Below are positions 32,135-41,487 of a stretch of DNA of 64,000 nt, piece by piece. The position numbers and the translations under genes are program-made. Below the pieces are notes generated by a model. That model was not told the origin of the DNA. It was given only the letters and a program-made list of their open reading frames with translations, and searched no databases. The stretch comes from an uncultured delta proteobacterium. GTDB taxonomy: Bacteria > Desulfobacterota > Binatia > Binatales > Binataceae. Position 1 is the stretch's first letter. Each line of letters starts with the position of its first letter. Location: the NCBI GenBank assembly GCA_963851325.1, contig CAWKOR010000001.1, positions 2,676,144 through 2,740,143 of the forward strand, given 5' to 3'.

Positions 32135-33469
32135 CTACAAGGTCGACCGCGCGAGCAGTCCGTATTCGCGCGCCTGGCGCTCCAGCGGCTCCCGGAAGTC
32201 GGGATGCGCAAGTCCGATGAGCGCCCGCGCGCGTTCGTGAATGGACTTGCCCTTCAGATTCACAATCCCGTACTCGGTGACTACATACATTACGTCGGTG
32301 CGCGGCGTAGTCACCACGTTGGATTCATCGATGCGCGCGACGATGCGGCTGGCGCGTTTTCCGCCGCGCTCGTAGGTCGAAGCGAGACACAGAAACGCCT
32401 TGCCGCCACGCGATGCGTAGGCGCCGCGGATGAACTGAAGCTGGCCGCCGGTGCCGCTGATCTGGCGCAGGCCGGCGGTCTCCGAACACGCCTGGCCGAA
32501 CAGATCGATCTGCGCCGCGTTACAAATCGCCACCGCGTTGTCGTTTTGCATGATGTGATGCGGCAGGTTGGTGTAGTCGACTGGTCCCGCGAAGCAGGCG
32601 GTGTTGCGATTGAGGAACTGATACATCCGCGATGAGCCGGCGGCGAAGCAATAGGCCATCTGGTAGCGGTTCAGATGCTTATGCGCGCCGGTGACTTTTC
32701 CGGCTTCATACAAATCCACCAGCGAGTCGACGAACATCTCGGTGTGGACACCGAGATCCTTTATCGCGGAGCGGGTGAGAAGTTCGCACACCGCATTGGG
32801 CATTCCGCCGATGCCGATCTGGACGCACGCGCCGTCCTGAATTTCATTGGCGATGATCGCCGCGACTTTCTGATCGATTTCGGTGGCCGCGGGATTTTTC
32901 AATTCGGGCAGCTCGGTCTTGCCGCCATTGATGACGTAATCCACCTCGCTGATATGCACGCCGTTCTCGACGCCGTAAACGTAAGGCATCGATTCGTCAG
33001 TTTCGATGATTAAGGTCTTGGCGCGTTCGGTGATCGCTTTATGGTAAGTGACCGACACGCCGAAGTTGAAAAAACCGTGCTCGTCCATCGGCGCGGCCTT
33101 GAGCACCGCAAAGTCGACGTCGATGAAACGGCGATAGTAGTCGGGCGCCTCGCCAAAATTCATCGGGATGTGGCAACACAGTCCGCGGTCGTGCATCTTG
33201 CGTTCGAGTCCCGAAAAATACCACGAGTGATAAGCAGCGTGACGCGATTCCGGATCAGCCTCGATGACCATGCGTGGCCGCATCGCGAGGCAGCCTCGAA
33301 TCCGCAGGTCATGCAGTTTGGTGATCCGCGACGCCAGGGCCTGGTCGAAGAGGTCGGGTTGCGCAGCGCCGAAGCCATACTCGAGCCAGGTGTCCGATTT
33401 CACCATCGAGGCGGCCTGCTCGGGCCCGATCGTCTTACGCTTTAGTTCCGCTTGATCTGAAAGTGCCAT
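32135..33469 (-). CDS. acetyl-CoA hydrolase/transferase family protein (4-hydroxybutyrate / succinyl-CoA:acetate CoA-transferase-like)
   Basis: 444-aa ORF with the acetyl-CoA hydrolase/transferase N- and C-domains (…IQDGACVQIGIGGMPNAV…). Confidence 0.85.
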   Translation of the reverse strand: MALSDQAELKRKTIGPEQAASMVKSDTWLEYGFGAAQPDLFDQALASRITKLHDLRIRGCLAMRPRMVIEADPESRHAAYHSWYFSGLERKMHDRGLCCHIPMNFGEAPDYYRRFIDVDFAVLKAAPMDEHGFFNFGVSVTYHKAITERAKTLIIETDESMPYVYGVENGVHISEVDYVINGGKTELPELKNPAATEIDQKVAAIIANEIQDGACVQIGIGGMPNAVCELLTRSAIKDLGVHTEMFVDSLVDLYEAGKVTGAHKHLNRYQMAYCFAAGSSRMYQFLNRNTACFAGPVDYTNLPHHIMQNDNAVAICNAAQIDLFGQACSETAGLRQISGTGGQLQFIRGAYASRGGKAFLCLASTYERGGKRASRIVARIDESNVVTTPRTDVMYVVTEYGIVNLKGKSIHERARALIGLAHPDFREPLERQAREYGLLARSTL

Positions 33470-33559
33470 AAACTAAGGTGTCCCCCTTTCGTGGAGCAGT
33501 CACTTGACTGTGCCCGATGCGTAGGATTTTCTGCAACGCGCGCAGCATCGTCAACATAA

Positions 33560-34774
33560 ATGCCTAGTCTGGAAGCAACCAAGCAAGTGCCCGAATCGAC
33601 CCAACCGGCGGCCTCCGCGCGCCTGATCCTGTTTATCACGGTGTTCATCGATCTGCTGGGCTTCGGAATCGTGATTCCGCTGCTGCCGATGTTCGCCGGC
33701 CGGATCGGAATTTCATTCACCGGCATCGGCGCGATAATGGCGGTCTACTCGCTGGCGCAATTCATCTTCGCGCCGATCCTGGGGCGGATTTCCGATCGCA
33801 TCGGGCGTCGCCCGGTTATCATGTTGGGACTGCTCGGTTCGTCGGTCGGCTATCTTATTTATGGATTTGCGGGATCGTTCGTCGGGCTTTTTATTTCGCG
33901 CGCCGTGCACGGTGCTTGCGCCGCGACCATCTCGACCGCGCAGGCCTACATCGCGGATACCACCGACGAGTCCAATCGCGCGCGCGGGATGGGCATGATT
34001 GGCGCCGCGTTCGGACTCGGCTTCGTGATCGGCCCCGCGATTGGCGGATTGCTCGGGCACAGCGACTTGCGTATACCGGGATTTTTCGCGGCCGCGCTGA
34101 CCTTTGCGAATCTGCTGTTCGCCGCGCTGCGGCTCCCCGAATCGCATCAACCGGAGCCCGGCGCGCGCATCGACGCCTCGGTGATCGTCGCCCCGATTCG
34201 AGATCTTCCGCTCCAGCTTTTCACCCATCATTTGTCGCGATTGTTTTCCGTCGCGTTCCTCACCACTTTCGCGCTGGCAGCATTCGAAACCACCTTCGCG
34301 ATCATGATCCCAAGCGTATACGGCTATGGCCCCACCGGCATCGGCGCGCTGCTCGCGTTCGCGGGCCTGATGCAGGCGCTCGCGCAAGGCTATCTGGTCG
34401 GGAAATTTGTAAAGCGCATCGGCGAGGCGCGGCTGCTTTCGATCGGCATAATCATGTTCGCGATCGGCCTCGCCCCGATGGCGAACCTGCCGCTACCGTC
34501 GACCCTGCTGCTCGCGCTCGCGCTGCTGTCGTTAGGTTACGGATTCGCCAGTCCGGCCATCGCGAGCCTCATTTCAAAGCGAACCGAGCGCACGCTGGAG
34601 GGCGAGGCGTTGGGCATCAACCAGTCAGCCTCGTCAATGGCGCGAATCCTCGGTCCGCTGGCGGGCGGGCTGGCCTACGCGGCGCTGGGTGCCTCGGCGC
34701 CGTATATGGGTGGTGCGGTTGTAGCGGTCGTGGCATTTATACTTGCGCGCGGCATCAACGAGCCGATGGGCTAG
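33560..34774 (+). CDS. MFS transporter (DHA1/TetA-like)
   Basis: 12-TM MFS with motif A GRISDRIGRRPV. Confidence 0.85.
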   Translation: MPSLEATKQVPESTQPAASARLILFITVFIDLLGFGIVIPLLPMFAGRIGISFTGIGAIMAVYSLAQFIFAPILGRISDRIGRRPVIMLGLLGSSVGYLIYGFAGSFVGLFISRAVHGACAATISTAQAYIADTTDESNRARGMGMIGAAFGLGFVIGPAIGGLLGHSDLRIPGFFAAALTFANLLFAALRLPESHQPEPGARIDASVIVAPIRDLPLQLFTHHLSRLFSVAFLTTFALAAFETTFAIMIPSVYGYGPTGIGALLAFAGLMQALAQGYLVGKFVKRIGEARLLSIGIIMFAIGLAPMANLPLPSTLLLALALLSLGYGFASPAIASLISKRTERTLEGEALGINQSASSMARILGPLAGGLAYAALGASAPYMGGAVVAVVAFILARGINEPMG

Positions 34775-34791
34775 GCCGCCAGGAGAACAAT

Positions 34792-35220
34792 TTGGGCAAC
34801 GTCATCGGCTGGCTACTGGTTTTTCACTTGTTCGGGGTGATCTTCTGGATTGGAAGCTTGCTCCTAATCGCGAGCCTGCTCGCGATGGTCTCCGACGAAG
34901 TGGGAGTCGCGAAAGAGCGCTTCATCATGGTCGCGAGCACTCTGTTCTATGGCGGATGCAATATCGGCGGCGCGGTAACGCTTATCTTCGGCATCCTCCT
35001 GATGGTGATGGTGCCGGACGTTCTGCGCCACGGATGGTTTCACGTCAAACTGACCTTCGTGTTCATCCTGCTGCTGGTGCACCTTCGACTGCATCGCAGA
35101 ATCGTCGCGTTGAGCGACAACCCTTCCTCGGTAACGCGGGCGGAGTTTCGCGTCATTCATGGAGTCGTCAGCGTGGTGTTGCTGGCCATCCTCGTGATGG
35201 CGCTCCTTAGGCCGTTCTAG
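34792..35220 (+). CDS. small polytopic membrane protein, HemJ/CopD-like (UPF0093/TIGR00701-like)
   Basis: 142-aa ORF with four hydrophobic helices, WLLVFHLFGVIFWIGSLL and a conserved His in helix 1. TTG start 7 nt after AGGAGA, 17 nt after the MFS stop. Confidence 0.45.
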   Translation: MGNVIGWLLVFHLFGVIFWIGSLLLIASLLAMVSDEVGVAKERFIMVASTLFYGGCNIGGAVTLIFGILLMVMVPDVLRHGWFHVKLTFVFILLLVHLRLHRRIVALSDNPSSVTRAEFRVIHGVVSVVLLAILVMALLRPF

Positions 35221-35300
35221 TGGTCGAAATCTGCTACAATGCGGATCGCGGCCTTCCTTGAGCCGTGCGTCGATACGGTCATGACGCGAGCACTGATGTG

Positions 35301-35474
35301 GAAATTACCAAACGAACCCACCGAGGGGACGGCATCGGCGAGCGAAAGGTGAAAAACAAACCCATTAAGGGAGCTCGGAACGATCGTCATGCTGAGGTCG
35401 GAATTACATAAACGAACCCACCGAAGGAACTCTGTCGGCATAGGGAAAATTGAAAAAACAAACCCATTAAATCG
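35301..35474. repeat. intergenic repeat locus B: alternating motif types ATTAC(C/A)(A/T)AAACGAACCCACCGA (x2) and AAAAACAAACCCATTAA (x2) in two ~100-bp tandem units
   Basis: Copies at about 35301-35328, 35349-35371, 35401-35427 and 35450-35474. Same family as loci A and C. In a convergent intergenic region. Confidence 0.7.
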
Positions 35475-35660
35475 AGGAAAATAAAGGGTTTTCTTCCAGA
35501 CAATCGGTCGCGCAATCCCCGATCATGTCGTGCTGTTCTCCCCACTCTCATCCGCCCGTCACGGTTCTCGCATCGAAGCCAGCGCGAGAACCGCGCCAAG
35601 CGCCTTCTCTCGCTAGCGAGCGCAGCGACTCATTGGAGTATCGACACAATGTCGGTAAGC

Positions 35661-36419
35661 CTATGGCACTACAATCGACCCACCGCTGATGCTGATGACC
35701 TCGCCGGTGATGTAGGACGACATGTCGCTGGCAAGGAAGAGCGCCAGATTCGCCACTTCGCTCGGCTCGCCCAGGCGGCCCATCGGGTTGCGCTTCTTGG
35801 CGCCCTCGAACATTGACTTGGGATAGATCCGTTCCAGGAACTCGTTGTAGATGACACTGGGCGCGATGGCGTTGACGCGGATGCCCTTGCCCGCGAGTTC
35901 GCCGGCCGCCGCGCGCGTCAGTCCCATCACACCGGCCTTGGCCGCGGAGTACGGCGCCTCGCCACCGGAGGACGCGATCCATCCTGCCGCCGAGGCCATG
36001 TTAACGATCGCGCCCTTGCCCTGTTTGATCATGTGCGGAATCACGGCGCGCATGGTCCACATGGTGCCGCGCAGGCACACATTCATCACCAGGTCCCAGG
36101 TCTCATCCTTGATTTCCCAGATCGGTTCGAGCTTGTTGATGCCGGCGTTGTTGAACAGGATGTCGATGCGGCCGAACTTATCGATCGTCGCCGCGACTGC
36201 ATCTTCGACCTGCTTGCGATTGGTGACGTCGACGCCAATGCCGGGGACTTCGCGATTGAACTGCTTGCTCAGTTCCTCGGCGGCCTCGGCGGTGCGACGC
36301 GGATGCGCATCGGTGATGACGACATTGGCGCCTTCTTCGAGGAAGCGGGTTGCGACCGCGCGTCCGATGCCGACTCCGGCGCCGGCGGTGATCAGGGCAA
36401 CTCTGTCTTTCAGCAGCAT
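35661..36419 (-). CDS. SDR family oxidoreductase
   Basis: TGxxxGIG (ITAGAGVGIGRA), NNAG and YxxxK motifs. Confidence 0.9.
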   Translation of the reverse strand: MLLKDRVALITAGAGVGIGRAVATRFLEEGANVVITDAHPRRTAEAAEELSKQFNREVPGIGVDVTNRKQVEDAVAATIDKFGRIDILFNNAGINKLEPIWEIKDETWDLVMNVCLRGTMWTMRAVIPHMIKQGKGAIVNMASAAGWIASSGGEAPYSAAKAGVMGLTRAAAGELAGKGIRVNAIAPSVIYNEFLERIYPKSMFEGAKKRNPMGRLGEPSEVANLALFLASDMSSYITGEVISISGGSIVVP

Positions 36420-36604
36420 GATGGTCTCCTATCTTTGATGTTCCTCAGACTAGGCTGCGCTCCGCACCTTAAAGATCGCCTCGGGCTCTGCTGGTGCTCC
36501 GCCTCGGCGGCTTCGCGGAAGCGGCTGCGCCGCGGCTTCGCCCGCTTCGCGCCTCATTCGTCGATAGCCTCGTTGTGTGGCAAGGTGGCGCAACTCGATT
36601 TGCC

Positions 36605-36886
36605 CTAGGCGAATTCGAGCCGCCGGAGTTTAATCCGGTCAGCGCGCACGTGGGCAAGGTCGTATTGTGCCTGCTGCGTAAGCCAACTTTCTGCACTGCC
36701 CCCGAATACCTGCGACAGTCGAACCGCCATCTCCGGCGAGATGCCGCGCTTCTCATTCACAAGCTCCGAAAGCGTGGTGCGGGTCACGCCCAGAGCGGCG
36801 GCAGTGGCTGTGATAGTCAGACCGAGCGGCTCGATGCATTGACGAAGCACCACGCCGCCCGGATGGGGAGGATTTTTCATAGCCAT
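36605..36886 (-). CDS. higA: HigA-family antitoxin-like HTH protein (XRE family), no adjacent HigB
   Basis: [11 protein letters not shown]... N-terminus characteristic of HigA, plus an XRE HTH. Start at the internal Met with GAGG 9 nt upstream. Confidence 0.65.
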   Translation of the reverse strand: MAMKNPPHPGGVVLRQCIEPLGLTITATAAALGVTRTTLSELVNEKRGISPEMAVRLSQVFGGSAESWLTQQAQYDLAHVRADRIKLRRLEFA

Positions 36887-36973
36887 GGTAATGACCTCGC
36901 TAATGGTAATGCATGGAACCAGCCCCGGCAAAATGCTCACAGGACCTCGGCCGAGCTACAGCATTCTTGCGCT

Positions 36974-37363
36974 TTAGGTCGCCGACGCGATCGAGGCGTG
37001 AATGTGCTGGATGCGCCATCCATTGGCGCCCTTGGTCATCACAAAGGACCGCCGATGCAGCGGGCCCGGCAGCCGCAAATGAAATGTGATGAGCGCGACG
37101 TTCGGCGCCAGCTCGCGCGCATCGATGTCCTGCGGCTCGATTTTCAATCCGCCACCGGGTTGACTCTTGACCACTTCCAGAATGGATTCGAACTGCTTGC
37201 CGATCGCGCCGCGGCCATCCAGGCGGGTGTCATAGGTTCCGAGCGGCGAGAACATCTGCGCGTCGTCGTTGAAGAACGCCATGATCCGATCGTGCTTCTG
37301 TGACATCACTGCGGCGAGGAATTGGTTGAGCGTATCGAGCGCTTCACTGGTAACTTGCGACAT
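36974..37363 (-). CDS. NTF2-like/SnoaL-like (DUF4440-type) protein
   Basis: About 129 aa with a nuclear-transport-factor-2-like fold pattern. Weak assignment. Confidence 0.5.
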   Translation of the reverse strand: MSQVTSEALDTLNQFLAAVMSQKHDRIMAFFNDDAQMFSPLGTYDTRLDGRGAIGKQFESILEVVKSQPGGGLKIEPQDIDARELAPNVALITFHLRLPGPLHRRSFVMTKGANGWRIQHIHASIASAT

Positions 37364-37443
37364 CAGAATCCTCCGGTTCGAAGAATTACACGAATTCGGT
37401 TCATCGTTGCGGGCGGCGCTTCGCGAAGCGCCCCTACCGGGAA

Positions 37444-38220
37444 TCAGAAGCGATCTTTGAGTTCGCGGGCCTTGGCGAAAATGGAAATCGGATCGTTGCC
37501 GATTTGCGGATCGGCACGCTTCACGCTCGCCTGCAGCTCCGCGCTGTCAGCGCGCAGAAATGGATTGGTGAGCTTCTCATCCTCGATGGTCGAGGGCACC
37601 GTGTGGCCGCCCTCCGAAACCACCTTTTTCGACCATTCGTGCTTCGCCTTCAGGCGCTGGTTGTTGGGCTCCAACGTCAACGCGAAGCGCAGATTCTTTT
37701 CGGTGTACTCGTGCCCGCAGTAAACCCTGGTATCGTCGGGAAGCGACGCGAGTTTTTTCAGCGACTCCACCATCGTCGCCGCTTTGCCCTCAAACACGCG
37801 ACCGCATCCGCCGACGAACAAGGTGTCGCCGGTGAACACCGCTTTGAGTTGCGGAAAATAGTAGGCGACGTGGCCGTTGGTATGCGCCGGAATACCAATC
37901 ACGCGCGCTTCCAGCGATCCCACTTTGAACTTGTCGCCATCGGCGACCGGATTGGTCAGCGCGGGGATGCGACCGTTCTCGGCACTGGCGCCGAACACGC
38001 GCAGCCCCGGAACCTTGCTCACGATGTCCGCATTGCCGCCGCTGTGGTCGGGATGCCAATGGGTGGTCAGCACCGACTTGAGATTCAACTTATGACGTTT
38101 GACTGCATCGATGACCTTGTCGGCCTCGGCGCAATCGACCACCGCGCATTCGCCACTGGCGTCATCAGAAATCAGATATGCGAAATTGTCGGAGAGTTGG
38201 GGAACGATCGTAATAGCCAT
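37444..38220 (-). CDS. gloB: hydroxyacylglutathione hydrolase (glyoxalase II), MBL fold
   Basis: THWHPDHSGG metal motif and C-terminal HAGH domain features. Start at the internal Met 9 nt after GGAGG. Confidence 0.8.
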   Translation of the reverse strand: MAITIVPQLSDNFAYLISDDASGECAVVDCAEADKVIDAVKRHKLNLKSVLTTHWHPDHSGGNADIVSKVPGLRVFGASAENGRIPALTNPVADGDKFKVGSLEARVIGIPAHTNGHVAYYFPQLKAVFTGDTLFVGGCGRVFEGKAATMVESLKKLASLPDDTRVYCGHEYTEKNLRFALTLEPNNQRLKAKHEWSKKVVSEGGHTVPSTIEDEKLTNPFLRADSAELQASVKRADPQIGNDPISIFAKARELKDRF

Positions 38221-38279
38221 CGCAGAGGCCTCCATGCGGCTCAGGTGATGCCATCAGCCGGGCGATGTCATACGCCCGA

Positions 38280-39050
38280 TCAGATTCCGACGATACTATA
38301 ACCAACGTCCACGTAAACCGTCTGCCCGGTGACGCCGCTGCCCAGATCGCTGAGCAATGCGGCGGCCATCCCACCGACCTCGTCGTTTCGCATTGCGCGG
38401 CGCAGGGGCGCGCGCTGTTCGACCTCATGCGCCATCGAGTGGAAATCGCGAATCGCCGACGACGATAGGGTCCGCGCGGGCCCGGCGCTGATCGCATTGA
38501 CGCGGATGTTCTTCGGCCCGAGGTCACTGGCCAGATAGCGTACGCAGGCTTCCAGAGCGGCCTTCGCTACACCCATCACGTTGTAGTTGGGGATGGCGCG
38601 CATCGCGCCAATGTAGGTGAGCGTCACGATGGAACCTCCGTTGGCTTCCATCAACGGCTCGGCGGCGCGCGCCAGCGCCACCAGCGAGTAGGCGCTGATC
38701 TCCAGCGAGCGGGCGAAATTCCTGCGGCTCACATTCAGAAAGCGATCGCGCAGGTCCTCGCGCTCGGCGAAGGCGACCGCGTGCACCAGCATATCGAGGC
38801 CGCCCCACAATGCTTTGACTTTCGCCAGCGTCGATTCGATCTGCTCATCGACAGTGACGTCGAGCTCGCCGATGATGCTTGCGCCAACCTGCTCCGCGAG
38901 CGGCTCAACGCGCTTCTTGAGCGCCTCGCCCTGGTAGGTCAGGGCAATTTTCGCGCCCTGTTTGTGCAATTCCTGGGTAATCGACCACGCGAGGCTGTGG
39001 TCGTTGGCGACGCCGATAACCAGCGCCCGTTTGCCGTCAGCGATTCCCAT
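38280..39050 (-). CDS. fabI: enoyl-[acyl-carrier-protein] reductase (NADH)
   Basis: KRALVIGVANDHSLAW N-terminus and Tyr/Lys catalytic region of FabI. Confidence 0.9.
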   Translation of the reverse strand: MGIADGKRALVIGVANDHSLAWSITQELHKQGAKIALTYQGEALKKRVEPLAEQVGASIIGELDVTVDEQIESTLAKVKALWGGLDMLVHAVAFAEREDLRDRFLNVSRRNFARSLEISAYSLVALARAAEPLMEANGGSIVTLTYIGAMRAIPNYNVMGVAKAALEACVRYLASDLGPKNIRVNAISAGPARTLSSSAIRDFHSMAHEVEQRAPLRRAMRNDEVGGMAAALLSDLGSGVTGQTVYVDVGYSIVGI

Positions 39051-39089
39051 CGGCAGTACTTCCTTGGTTTCAGATGCGGTCGACGGGCT

Positions 39090-39875
39090 TCACAGTTCGA
39101 GCTTCATTCCGTCGAAGCCCATCTCGATTTCGATTTCGCGCGCATGGTTGATGGTCTCGCGCCCGAGGTGGGTCAGAATCATCCGTTTCACGTTGAAGCG
39201 ATCGAGATTGCGCCGCAGCTCGGGATAGTTGATGTGGAAGCGCAGATGATCCGATTCGAAATAGGTGCATTCGCACAGCAACAGGTTGGCGCCTGCGCTG
39301 AAGTCCACCAGCTTGTCGTTCCAGCCCGTGTCACCTGAGAAGACGAAAGTTTTTCCGTTAACTCCGATCTTCAGGGAGAGCGATACATCGGGCTTGGTAT
39401 GCGGACTTCTGATGGTGCTGAGCCTGAGGCCGGCCAGCTTGACACTCTTGCCGGGCTCCAGCACCACCCATTTCACCTGGTGTTCCAGATCCTTGAGGTT
39501 GAATCGCGAGAACATGGTGCGCATGAGAATCCAGGTCCGCTTCTCGAGGTTCTTCGGCCCCGCGATGATTACCGGATGCTTGCGCGGACGCTCCCACATA
39601 TATTCGAGAAACAGGAATGGAAGCCCGCAGAAATGATCGCCGTGCAAATGACTGATGATGATCGCATCGAGCGAGTCAGCCTCGATGCCGTTGCGCTTCA
39701 TCTCAGCCAGCACACCGGGACCCGCTTCAAGCAGGATTCGTTTCCCGGCCGCCTCCAGAAGATATCCGGCCTGGGCACGACCCCCACTAGCGAACGCATC
39801 ACCGGTACCTAGTATGGTGAGGGTGACCGGCTTCCCCTTTGAGCCATCTCTGCCATTGGCGGCGCTGTCAACCAT
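39090..39875 (-). CDS. MBL fold metallo-hydrolase
   Basis: HxHxDH motif (ISHLHGDHFCG). Start chosen at the internal Met before the conserved LTILGTG. The track ORF extends to 39935. Confidence 0.7.
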   Translation of the reverse strand: MVDSAANGRDGSKGKPVTLTILGTGDAFASGGRAQAGYLLEAAGKRILLEAGPGVLAEMKRNGIEADSLDAIIISHLHGDHFCGLPFLFLEYMWERPRKHPVIIAGPKNLEKRTWILMRTMFSRFNLKDLEHQVKWVVLEPGKSVKLAGLRLSTIRSPHTKPDVSLSLKIGVNGKTFVFSGDTGWNDKLVDFSAGANLLLCECTYFESDHLRFHINYPELRRNLDRFNVKRMILTHLGRETINHAREIEIEMGFDGMKLEL

Positions 39876-39934
39876 GAAATTGGGAAGCAATGCTAATATC
39901 ATGCGGCTGCATAGGCAAACTTGGGAGAATGACA

Positions 39935-40888
39935 ATGAAGCAAATTAAAGTCGGAGTTGGGTTCGGATTGTGGCGCCTCGGGATGCCCGCGCCGGAGACC
40001 ATCGTCAAGGTCGCCGAGCGCGCCGAGGACTGGGGCCTCGATTCTTTCTGGCTCTCCGACCATCTGCTGTCGCCCTCCCCCGAGCTCGATGTCATCGCGA
40101 CGCTTTCCCTGCTGGCCTCGCGCACCTCGCGCATGAAGCTGGGGCCCAGCGTGTTGCTGCTCAACCTGCGCCATCCCCTGCTGGTCGCGAAAGCCTTTGC
40201 ATCGCTCGACTATCTCTCCAAGGGCCGGATGGTGATGGCGGTCGGCACCGGCGCGAACCTCGCCGACTATGCCGCATGCGGCATACCTACCGAGGGGCGC
40301 GGCAAGCGGCTGGAGGAAGGCATCGAGGTCCTGCGCACCGTGTGGCGGGAGAAGAACGCCAGCTACCACGGGCGCTTCTTCAACTTCGACAATATCACCA
40401 TCGAGCCGCGGCCGGTGGCGCGTACCAACAATGACTTCGGCACCATGGACATCTGGGTCGGTGGCAAATCGGAAGCGGCGCTGAAACGAACGGCGAAGAT
40501 GGGTGACGGATTTTTCGCCTCGTTCCAGACCCCCGACGAATACGCCCGGAGCATGGCTTCGATTCGCAAATACGCGGTCGAATTCGGACGCGCCAACGCA
40601 CACATCGAGTCAGGTCTCATCCTGCTATGTCGCATCGCCAGCTCGCGGCAGAAGGCGCTCGATGAAATGGAGCCGATGCTCAAGGCGCTCGGACGCGGCG
40701 CCGAGCAGTTCCTCGAGCGCACCGTCTACGGCACTGCCGAAGACGTCATCGGGCGCGTTTCGGAGTACACCGGGCACGGATTGGACAAATTCGTGCTATG
40801 GCCCATCGCCACTCCTGATGCGTGGGCGAAGCAGGTCGAGTTAGTCGGCAGCGAGATTGCGAATCACTATATGAAAGTGGCTGCCTGA
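39935..40888 (+). CDS. LLM class (luciferase-like) flavin/F420-dependent oxidoreductase
   Basis: Luciferase-like TIM barrel (DSFWLSDHL...). ATG 7 nt after GGGAGA. Confidence 0.8.
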   Translation: MKQIKVGVGFGLWRLGMPAPETIVKVAERAEDWGLDSFWLSDHLLSPSPELDVIATLSLLASRTSRMKLGPSVLLLNLRHPLLVAKAFASLDYLSKGRMVMAVGTGANLADYAACGIPTEGRGKRLEEGIEVLRTVWREKNASYHGRFFNFDNITIEPRPVARTNNDFGTMDIWVGGKSEAALKRTAKMGDGFFASFQTPDEYARSMASIRKYAVEFGRANAHIESGLILLCRIASSRQKALDEMEPMLKALGRGAEQFLERTVYGTAEDVIGRVSEYTGHGLDKFVLWPIATPDAWAKQVELVGSEIANHYMKVAA

Positions 40889-40890
40889 CG

Positions 40891-41487
40891 ATGCGGCGCG
40901 TCCTCCCATCGCGAATCGCGATTTCGATAGTGCTCGTGATGGCCGGCGCCCTGCTTGCGGGATGCAGCAAGACGCCGGCGCCAGTCGCCTCCAGCGCGAC
41001 GACGCGCTTCGCCAGTGCCGGGCAGGTCGAGGAGAACTTCCGCGGGAGAAGTTTCATCCTCGGCGACAATGCAGCCATCGCGATGGTGCGGCCGGTCGAT
41101 TCGCCGAAAGATCAATGGCTCAGGTTGCCCTTCTGGTTCGGCATCAACCCGATGGTTCCGGGCTCGCTGCAACCGAAGGAAGGCGACTACTACGTCATCA
41201 GCGAGGCGCGCCTGATCAAGACGCTTGACACCCCCGGCGAATGGATGATCGAGGCCGGCAGCTCGATGATCAAGCGGCAAACCGTCCTGCAGACCACCCG
41301 CACACACTACCTGGGCACCGGGAAAATTCTTCCAACCGTGGTGCAGTTCATTGGGATGCGCGATTTCAAGACCGAGGACGGCAAGACCATCCAGATGCCT
41401 ATCCTGCGCGAGGTTTCGCTCCCGATGAAGTGGACCCTGGGTGGTGGCGGCGTTCCTGCCAGTTACGCGAGGTTTCGCAGCGGATGA
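40891..41487 (+). CDS. hypothetical lipoprotein (paralog 1 of tandem pair)
   Basis: Lipobox LLAGCS. Shares blocks LPFWFGINPMVP / THYLGTGKILPTVVQFIG / PILREVSLPM with the next gene. Confidence 0.5.
   Translation: MRRVLPSRIAISIVLVMAGALLAGCSKTPAPVASSATTRFASAGQVEENFRGRSFILGDNAAIAMVRPVDSPKDQWLRLPFWFGINPMVPGSLQPKEGDYYVISEARLIKTLDTPGEWMIEAGSSMIKRQTVLQTTRTHYLGTGKILPTVVQFIGMRDFKTEDGKTIQMPILREVSLPMKWTLGGGGVPASYARFRSG

Noticed and set aside
35301-35474. Possible tRNA or tRNA fragment, because the motif contains GGGTTCG (T-arm-like) in reverse complement
   Set aside because: No acceptor stem, anticodon arm or D-arm can be formed around the GTGGGTTCGTTT motif. The T-loop consensus GGTTCGAnTCC is not met.
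36887-36973. Search for a HigB toxin ORF upstream of higA
   Set aside because: Only about 90 nt are available between higA and the neighbouring NTF2-like gene, and no RelE-fold-sized ORF exists in any frame.
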